NCBI GenBank assembly: GCA_017629245.1
Contig: JAGBXO010000009.1
Coordinates: 38,256-102,255 of the forward strand
Length of the DNA: 64,000 bases
Direction of reading: 5' to 3'
From: Alphaproteobacteria bacterium
GTDB lineage: Bacteria > Pseudomonadota > Alphaproteobacteria > Rs-D84
A model generated the notes under the pieces. That model saw nothing but the letters and a program-made list of their open reading frames with translations. It made no database searches and had not been told where the DNA came from. This document shows, piece after piece, positions 28,154 to 35,029 of this stretch. Each line of letters begins with the position of its first letter. The first letter of the stretch is position 1. Made by a program: the position numbers and the translations under genes.

Positions 28154-28237
28154 GCTTTTGCAAGGGACTCATGTAGCGTTTGTACACTACGATTCCCCCC
28201 ATTCACTTTATCTATACCATTAGCTTTAATTTTTAAA
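28154..28237. repeat. Composite palindromic element, copy C (partial; weak inner stem)
   Basis: Core CTCATGTAGCGTTTGTACACTACG plus tail TTTATCTATACCATTAGCTTTAATTTTTAAA. The tail overlaps the fba stop codon. Confidence 0.6.
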
Positions 28238-29177
28238 TTTTGTCTTCGGATCCCATGATATTGCGGATTTCGTCAATGCATATTTTGGTCATTTCTTGGC
28301 GGGCAACAGATAAAAATTCGCGTGGGTTAAAGTTTTCGGGATTTTCAGACAATGATTTGCGTGCTGCGGCGGTAAAGCCCAGGCGCAGGTCACTGTCTAC
28401 ATTTATCTTACATATATTCATTTTTGTTGCACGACGCAGTTGGATTTCATCAATGCCGCGTGCACCAGATAATTGGCCACCAAATTCATTTATTGTTGTT
28501 ATTAATTTTTGTGGTATGTTTGATGCGCCATGCAGTACCAACGGAAACCCGGGCAGGCGTGTGGCAACATCGGCCAGTATGTCAAAGCGCAGTTCTTCGT
28601 CTTCTTTTTTGCGTTTGTATGCGCCGTGGCTGGTACCGATTGCAATCGCCAATGAATCAATGCCGGTTGCGTTTACAAATTTTTCAACATCTGCTGGATT
28701 GGTATAACTGGAAAAATCAGATTGAGTGTTTTCGTCTTCGATTCCAGCCAGGACCCCCAGTTCTGCTTCGACTGATACATTATATTTATGTGCATGTTGG
28801 GCGACACGGCGTGAAAGTTCTGCGTTTTCGTCAAATGGCAGTTTGCTGGCATCAATCATGACGGATGAAAAGCCGATTTCAATTGCGTGTGCGCATGCGT
28901 CAAAACTGGTTCCGTGATCCAGGTGCAGGGCAATTTTATAGTCGGGCGAAATGTTTGCGCCGCGTATCATTCCGGTCAGCATATCTGTGCCCATATATTT
29001 TAATGCAGATTCTGAAACTGCTAATATTACGGGGCTGTGTGTGATGCGGGCTGCGTCCAGAATGGATTGCAGTGTTTCCATATTATAAAAATTAAATGCA
29101 GGCACGGCATAGTTGCGTGCAATTGCATCGCGAAACATTTCATTAGTATTAACCAGCCCCAGTTCGGTGTATGTCAT
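28233..29177 (-). CDS. fba: Class II fructose-bisphosphate aldolase
   Basis: YAVPAFNFYNMETLQSILDAA, HLDHG, and GTSHGAYK...LVLHGAS motifs. Confidence 0.8.
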   Translation of the reverse strand: MTYTELGLVNTNEMFRDAIARNYAVPAFNFYNMETLQSILDAARITHSPVILAVSESALKYMGTDMLTGMIRGANISPDYKIALHLDHGTSFDACAHAIEIGFSSVMIDASKLPFDENAELSRRVAQHAHKYNVSVEAELGVLAGIEDENTQSDFSSYTNPADVEKFVNATGIDSLAIAIGTSHGAYKRKKEDEELRFDILADVATRLPGFPLVLHGASNIPQKLITTINEFGGQLSGARGIDEIQLRRATKMNICKINVDSDLRLGFTAAARKSLSENPENFNPREFLSVARQEMTKICIDEIRNIMGSEDKI

Positions 29178-29322
29178 CAGATTTCCTTTTTTTCTTTGAT
29201 TGAATTATAGCATGTTTTTTTTGCTTTTTAATACAAAATCTTGACAGGGCGCGGATTTGTGCAACAATTATGTCGAATCGGGGGATGGGCAGAGAACGCA
29301 CAGTTTTACATAAAAGGTGTAA

Positions 29323-29679
29323 GTGATGAAAAAAACTTTGTTTGCGTTGTTTGGTTTGGTTGTTTTGACAGGCTGTTCAACATATTTTGATTATTACAAG
29401 GGCGGTGTTCGTTATACCCAAGATGGCGAAGATTGTATATTCTATGCAGCGGAACGCGGTCGTCATTATTCGGATGATATTCGTTCATTGAATACTGATA
29501 AAAAGATTGTTTATCGCAATACAATGTGTCGTGATTTGTATTTGCGCGATAATATGGGTGTTGCATCAACAAATGCACGCCAGATTTTGGTGCCGGCGGC
29601 TGCGACGGTTTCAGAAACACCAATTTGTTCAAAATGCAATAAATGTGCAACAAAAAAGAAATATGTTTTTGTGAAATAA
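29323..29679 (+). CDS. Small Cys-containing lipoprotein, function unknown
   Basis: Lipobox LVVLTGC after MMKKTLFALFG. 118 aa. Confidence 0.55.
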   Translation: MMKKTLFALFGLVVLTGCSTYFDYYKGGVRYTQDGEDCIFYAAERGRHYSDDIRSLNTDKKIVYRNTMCRDLYLRDNMGVASTNARQILVPAAATVSETPICSKCNKCATKKKYVFVK

Positions 29680-29683
29680 ATAT

Positions 29684-29709
29684 ATCCCGCATAACGCGGG
29701 ATTTTTTTT
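29684..29709 (+). terminator. Rho-independent terminator
   Basis: ATCCCGC-ATAAC-GCGGGAT followed by T8. Confidence 0.7.
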
Positions 29710-29775
29710 ATTAATATTATTTGAAATAATGTGTTTTTTATGATAAAATTATTTAAAAGGATAAAGGGGTTTTAT

Positions 29776-30144
29776 ATGAAAAAACTGATTAAAAAATTAA
29801 ATTTTGCAATTATTGGCATCATGGCATCTGCGCCTGCGATGGCGGCAGGAAATTCTGGGATGAATGATGGACTTTGTAAGCTGGCAGAGCAGTTTGGGTC
29901 TATTTTTAGTATTTTGCGTACATTGGCATTTATTGGTGCTGGTGTAACGATTGCTGGATGGGCCTGGGGGTATATTAGTGCGGGGAAGATAGACGCGATT
30001 AAAGAAGTTAAGGAAAAAGGGATTGCTATGTTAGTTGGCTTTGTCTTGTTGTTTGGTATCGGTACATTGTTGAGTGTGTTCATGAGCATGGCTGCCCCTG
30101 GAGGTTCCCTGGACTGTGATTTAACTACGTTCTTTGGTGGCTAA
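29776..30144 (+). CDS. TrbC/VirB2-like small membrane protein (putative type IV secretion pilin)
   Basis: Signal peptide ...ASAPAMAA. The mature part of about 95 aa has two hydrophobic helices separated by a charged loop (SAGKIDAIKEVKEKG). The call rests on architecture only. Confidence 0.4.
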   Translation: MKKLIKKLNFAIIGIMASAPAMAAGNSGMNDGLCKLAEQFGSIFSILRTLAFIGAGVTIAGWAWGYISAGKIDAIKEVKEKGIAMLVGFVLLFGIGTLLSVFMSMAAPGGSLDCDLTTFFGG

Positions 30145-30166
30145 GTTATATGGGGTTATTATAAAT

Positions 30167-30193
30167 CGGGGCGATGCCCCGTTTTTTTTTTTT
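30167..30193 (+). terminator. Rho-independent terminator
   Basis: CGGGGC-GAT-GCCCCG followed by T12. The same hairpin recurs at 31193. Confidence 0.8.
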
Positions 30194-30264
30194 ATGATAA
30201 TAATTTAATTTTTTTGATATTAAAAATCCCCCAATTGGGGGATTGAAATTTTTCTGAAATGGGA

Positions 30265-30525
30265 TTAAGCCATTTTAGCAACTTTTTTTGCCAAGCGTGA
30301 AATCTTGCGTGCTGCGCGTTTCTTTGGCATAATTTTGCCAGCAGATTTCATAATCTTGCTTTCTGCGTTGCGGGCCGCAGTTGTTGCAGCCGCTTTGTCG
30401 CCAGATTCAATTGCAACCAATGCCTTTTTAGTTGCAGTTTTAACAACACTGCGACGTGATGTGTTGATTGCGTTTTTCTTGGCTGTTACCAAAATTCTTT
30501 TTTCAGATGACTTATGTTTTGCCAC
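30265..30525 (-). CDS. rpsT: 30S ribosomal protein S20
   Basis: MAKHKSSEKRILVTAKKNAINTSRRS. 86 aa, basic. Confidence 0.9.
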   Translation of the reverse strand: MAKHKSSEKRILVTAKKNAINTSRRSVVKTATKKALVAIESGDKAAATTAARNAESKIMKSAGKIMPKKRAARKISRLAKKVAKMA

Positions 30526-30598
30526 TTTATTTTCCTTTTATTTTTGTTTTGATTTTGCTATTTTATAAAAAACAAACATAAAATCAAGGAAAAATAAC

Positions 30599-31186
30599 AT
30601 GATTTACTTAATTGCAATTATTGCATCTTATTTTCTGGGCAGTGTCCCAATGGGGTTGATTCTGACAAAATTAGCAGGCAAGGGGGATCTGCGACGGGTT
30701 GGCAGTGGTAATATAGGGGCAACAAATGTTATGCGTGTTGGTGGATTGCGTATGGCAGGATTGGTTTGGCTGCTGGATATGGCCAAGGCAATTGCGGCGG
30801 TATTTGTTGGAAAATATGTTGCAGGCGATGCGTTTGGTGCATGGTGCGGGTTTGCTGCAATCGTTGGACATTGCTATCCGATATGGTTGCGTTTCAAAGG
30901 TGGCAAGGGGATTTCGTCGCTGTTTGGTGTTTTGTTGGCAGTCAGTCCATTGTCTTTTGCGATTTGTGGAATTGAATGGTTGACGGTTGCGTTGACGTCA
31001 GGGATGTCTTCTTTTGGGGCGGTAATAGTATTTTGCTTGATTCCGGTGCTGGGGTTTGCAATATCAATTCAGGTCGGTTTTGCGTTTTTAGCGATTGGTT
31101 TGTTGTGCATGTGGCGACACAGGGCAAATATTTCCAGGTTGTTGACGGGAACTGAGTCGAAAATTGAATGGAAGTGGAAAAAATAA
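30599..31186 (+). CDS. plsY: Glycerol-3-phosphate acyltransferase PlsY
   Basis: GSGNIGATNVMRVGG and FKGGKG motifs in a 195-aa polytopic protein. Confidence 0.85.
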   Translation: MIYLIAIIASYFLGSVPMGLILTKLAGKGDLRRVGSGNIGATNVMRVGGLRMAGLVWLLDMAKAIAAVFVGKYVAGDAFGAWCGFAAIVGHCYPIWLRFKGGKGISSLFGVLLAVSPLSFAICGIEWLTVALTSGMSSFGAVIVFCLIPVLGFAISIQVGFAFLAIGLLCMWRHRANISRLLTGTESKIEWKWKK

Positions 31187-31192
31187 TCAAGG

Positions 31193-31228
31193 CGGGGCGA
31201 TGCCCCGTCTTTGTTTGTTTGTTTTTTT
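31193..31228 (+). terminator. Rho-independent terminator
   Basis: CGGGGCGATGCCCCG followed by a T-rich tract. Confidence 0.7.
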
Positions 31229-31288
31229 CTTTATTTTTGCATTGTTTTATGATATAATTTCTAAAGAATACTTTAAAGGGATTTGAGA

Positions 31289-32221
31289 ATGAATAAATTA
31301 ATTTCAATAGTTGTTTTGTCGGCGGTTGCATTTTCTGCGGGGGCTGCACCATATGGTGGACCAGCGGCTGGGCGTGGACGCAATTCTATGTCTGGACAGA
31401 TGATGCCAGCACCACAGCAAAATATGCAATATCAAGCAAATCAAGAACGTTCAGGTGTTGCATCAAAAAATCAAATTTCTGCAACGGCAACTTTGGCACC
31501 GGATGCAGCGGTTGTACAGAAATCTAGTACCAAGGTTGATAATAATGTTAATGATAATATCAATGCAGATCTGGCGGTAAATCCAGAAGAAATGATTTCT
31601 GCGCAGAAAAAAGATATGCGCGAAAAGGAAAAAGGTGCATGTGTCTCTAATAATATCGGGGTTGGGAATACCTTTGTTTGGGCGTCGCGTTACAGTAATA
31701 TAAATAATTATTCAACAATGGTTGAAGATATTGAAAACCCAGAAAATAATACTTGCTTTGTTAAGGTTGAATTAAAATCTAATGACTCAAAGATTGGTGT
31801 TTCGGATGTGCCAAGTAAGTATTTTGAATGGGGGCAGAATATCGCATGTGGTTCATGGGCGGACTATGATATGTTGAAAAAACGTATATTGGATGCTAAA
31901 AAAACTGCACGTACATGGGCAACAGTTGGTGGTGCGGTTGGTGGTGCAGCCGTTGGTGTTGGTGCGATGGAATTGTTTGGTAATAAGATGATTGGTGGTT
32001 CTGTCCAAGGACAAAAAGCATTGGAAGGCGATCAATTGTTGCGTTCACAGTTGGTAGTGCTGAAAAAAGATAATGAAGCTGATTATAAAAAATTCATTAC
32101 TAATTTAAAGGTGCTGAAAACAGAATGTGCAAAGGATTATGTAGTTGAAGCCAAAGAAAAAGATGAAGAATTAAAGACTATGTGTGATGAATTTAAGGGG
32201 CTGTTTGATTTGGCTGCTTAA
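31289..32221 (+). CDS. Secreted hypothetical protein with a Gly-zipper hydrophobic segment
   Basis: Signal peptide MNKLISIVVLSAVAFSAGA, a Q/N/M-rich N region, scattered Cys residues, and the TWATVGGAVGGAAVGVGAMELFG segment. Confidence 0.55.
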   Translation: MNKLISIVVLSAVAFSAGAAPYGGPAAGRGRNSMSGQMMPAPQQNMQYQANQERSGVASKNQISATATLAPDAAVVQKSSTKVDNNVNDNINADLAVNPEEMISAQKKDMREKEKGACVSNNIGVGNTFVWASRYSNINNYSTMVEDIENPENNTCFVKVELKSNDSKIGVSDVPSKYFEWGQNIACGSWADYDMLKKRILDAKKTARTWATVGGAVGGAAVGVGAMELFGNKMIGGSVQGQKALEGDQLLRSQLVVLKKDNEADYKKFITNLKVLKTECAKDYVVEAKEKDEELKTMCDEFKGLFDLAA

Positions 32222-32240
32222 TGATTATTGATAGAAAACT

Positions 32241-32266
32241 AAAATCCCGCATTGCGGGATTTTTTA
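32241..32266 (+). terminator. Rho-independent terminator
   Basis: AAAATCCCGC-ATT-GCGGGATTTTTT. Confidence 0.75.
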
Positions 32267-32303
32267 ATGGAAATATTTTTTTCGTTTGTCCTATAGTAAT
32301 ATT

Positions 32304-33317
32304 ATGTCAGATATATTTAATAAGTTATTGATATTGCGAACGCCGGGGATTGGGCCTGCGCGTTATAATGATTTGTTGCGTCGATTTGGTGCGCCGGGTG
32401 CGGTGGTGGATTTTTTAAACCCATCCCCAGAACAGCGCGATTCGGTTTTGCGTGAAATGGAATTGGCGGGTTCGCAACACGTATATTATATAGATGATTG
32501 TGATGTGCGGTATCCGCAAAATTTGCGTATGGTCAAGAATCATCCGCCTGTGATATCTGTGCGTGGAAATTTAGATGTGTTGAATAAGCCGATGGTGTCA
32601 ATAGTTGGAACACGTCATGCAACAGCGACGGGTATGGGGTTTATTGCAGATGTGGCCCATGGGTTTGCAGAAAATAATTATGCGGTTGTGTCTGGTATGG
32701 CAATTGGGACAGATACTGCGGCGCATCGTGGTGCTTTGCGCAGTGGGGCGAAGGCTGTGACAATCGCGGTGTTGGCAGGTGGGGTGGATTATGTTTGGCC
32801 AATAGAAAACGAATCGTTATATCGTGAAATATTGGTTCGTGGTGCAATCATCAGTGAAATGCCTGTTGGGTTTGTTCCGGTTGCTACAAATTTTGTTCAA
32901 AGGAATAAGTTGGTTGCTGGATTGGGGGAAAAATTAATCCTGGGTGAGGCGGATTTAAAATCTGGTTCAATGACAACTGCCCGATTCGCAATTGAAATGG
33001 GAAGGGATATTTGGGCGGTTCCATCACATCCTGCAGATTTGCGCGCGTTTGGACCAAATTCATTGATTCGGAATGGACAGGCGCATCTGTGTATGGGGGT
33101 GGAAGATTTTTTTGATGTAGAAAAAAAACAACAAAATTTATCAAAAAAAGTCGATGTGGAAAATAATCTGATTGACGCATTAGGGATGGTTCCTGTGTCA
33201 GAATCTGTATTGGCAGAACTTGTCAAAAAATCTGTTTCGGAAATTAAATCTGAATTGGTTGTTCTAGAATTGCAAGGTTTAGTGCGAAAAGTTGACGGCG
33301 GATATGTTCGAGCATAA
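32304..33317 (+). CDS. dprA: DNA-processing protein DprA (Smf)
   Basis: GIGPARYNDLL, VSIVGTRHAT, VVSGMAIGTDTAAHRGAL, and a C-terminal winged-helix-like ELQGLVRKV. Confidence 0.8.
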   Translation: MSDIFNKLLILRTPGIGPARYNDLLRRFGAPGAVVDFLNPSPEQRDSVLREMELAGSQHVYYIDDCDVRYPQNLRMVKNHPPVISVRGNLDVLNKPMVSIVGTRHATATGMGFIADVAHGFAENNYAVVSGMAIGTDTAAHRGALRSGAKAVTIAVLAGGVDYVWPIENESLYREILVRGAIISEMPVGFVPVATNFVQRNKLVAGLGEKLILGEADLKSGSMTTARFAIEMGRDIWAVPSHPADLRAFGPNSLIRNGQAHLCMGVEDFFDVEKKQQNLSKKVDVENNLIDALGMVPVSESVLAELVKKSVSEIKSELVVLELQGLVRKVDGGYVRA

Positions 33318-33675
33318 TAAAAAAAATGTCTATACAGTGTATATACAAAGGGCAGAAAATAGGCAAAAAAACGAATCGTTGTCAAAAAATAAAAGTGATT
33401 TTTTGGGCCAAGATTTACTTGTAAATGGAAAATAATATTTTAACTTATCTGTCGTATCCAAAACGAGAAAAAGGTAATCAAAAAACAGGGTTGGTTTTGT
33501 TTTAAATCTTTAAAATAAAATTAATCCAAAAAACATTAATGGCGCGAGAGAGTTTAAAGTAGGGCAATATAAAATACCGTGATTCAAATGAAAAGTGGTG
33601 TTTTGTGTAGGTGGTTTTTACAACCTTGTTCAGGCAGGAAACTCTTTTGAAAGGAAGGAAAAAGGAGAAAACGGC

Positions 33676-34962
33676 ATGCAGACAACAGCGGCAAAAATTC
33701 AAATGACTAACTTGGAAACTATCAAGGGGGCCATTGCCGCAAAAATTGATGCAGCGTCTTATACTTCTTGGATTGCACCTTTGTCTTTTGATGTTGTTAA
33801 TGGAACTTTGGTTTTGGGTGCACAGAACCAGTTTTCTGCGGACTTTATCAACAGTGTTCATATGGGGACAATTGCGTCTGTTGCAGCAGAATTTGGTCTG
33901 AATGCCTCTGTTGTTGTTGCTTCTGTTAAGCAGACAGTTGCTGCGCCAGTTGCAAATGACAATCGTGCACAGGCATATGCACCAGTGGCAGAAAAAGTAG
34001 TAAGCACATCAGTTGCATTTGATTCTTTTGTTTGTTCAGATGAAAATTTATTTGTTGTATCTGCATGTAAAAAAGTCGCAGCGGGTTCAGTTCCTTTTTC
34101 ACCGCTGTTTATTTATGGTGCGGCAGGTTGTGGCAAATCTTTGTTGACAGAATGTATTGCAGGGGCTGCAACATCAAAAGTTGTTAAGATGAGTGGTGCA
34201 CAATTTGTTTCTGAATTTGCACGTAGCTTGAAAGAACACAATGTTTTTGCATTCAAGGATTTCTGTCGTAATTGTGATACTTTCATCTTGGATGATGTTC
34301 AGGCCTTGTCAGGTAAAAAGGCAACAACAGAAGAATTTATTCAGCTGATTGTTGATTTGCGCAATGCGGGCAAGAATGTTGTTCTGACTGCAAATGCAAT
34401 GCCAGGTAATTTGACAGGTTTTGATCGTCGTGCGCAAAGCCTGATGGCGTCGGGTTTAGTTGCAGATGTTGTTGCGCCAAATACATATGTAAAATCTGTT
34501 TTGTTGAAACGCGCAGGTGTAAAATCTGATGTTGCAGATACTTTGGCGGGACGTATTGCAAATGATGGTCATTTGTTGGCAGGGATTGCAACAAAAATCA
34601 AGACATATGCTGAACTGATGGGAACAAGTGTTGATATGACAATTGCAACGCGTTTGTTGGCAGATTCTTTGCAGACAGTAAAAACACCGGTTGCGATGGT
34701 TAAAATGATGTGTGAAAAATTGGGTGTGTCTTATGATGCAGTTTGTGGCAGTGGTCGCAGTCGTAACCTGGTCTTGGCACGTCAGGTTATGATGGTTGTT
34801 TTAAAAGGGGCGACACAGTTGTCTTTGTCAGAAATTGGTAATTTTGTTGGTGGTCGTGATCATGCAACAGTTTTGTATGCAATCAAACAAATCGAAAAGA
34901 ATATTGCATCTGATTTGGTTTTGGCTGCGCAGATTAAACAGTTAACAGAAGAATGCAAATAA
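33676..34962 (+). CDS. dnaA: Chromosomal replication initiator DnaA
   Basis: Walker A GAAGCGKSLL, Walker B ILDDVQ, and the C-terminal DNA-binding helix region RSRNLVLARQVMMVVLK...GGRDHATVLYAIKQIE. Strong purine-rich RBS before the ATG at 33676. Confidence 0.9.
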   Translation: MQTTAAKIQMTNLETIKGAIAAKIDAASYTSWIAPLSFDVVNGTLVLGAQNQFSADFINSVHMGTIASVAAEFGLNASVVVASVKQTVAAPVANDNRAQAYAPVAEKVVSTSVAFDSFVCSDENLFVVSACKKVAAGSVPFSPLFIYGAAGCGKSLLTECIAGAATSKVVKMSGAQFVSEFARSLKEHNVFAFKDFCRNCDTFILDDVQALSGKKATTEEFIQLIVDLRNAGKNVVLTANAMPGNLTGFDRRAQSLMASGLVADVVAPNTYVKSVLLKRAGVKSDVADTLAGRIANDGHLLAGIATKIKTYAELMGTSVDMTIATRLLADSLQTVKTPVAMVKMMCEKLGVSYDAVCGSGRSRNLVLARQVMMVVLKGATQLSLSEIGNFVGGRDHATVLYAIKQIEKNIASDLVLAAQIKQLTEECK

Positions 34963-35029
34963 TTGAATTCTTGGTAAGGATTATGTTAATGAAAATATAT
35001 CATTTTTATGATATAATGTATGAGAGAAA

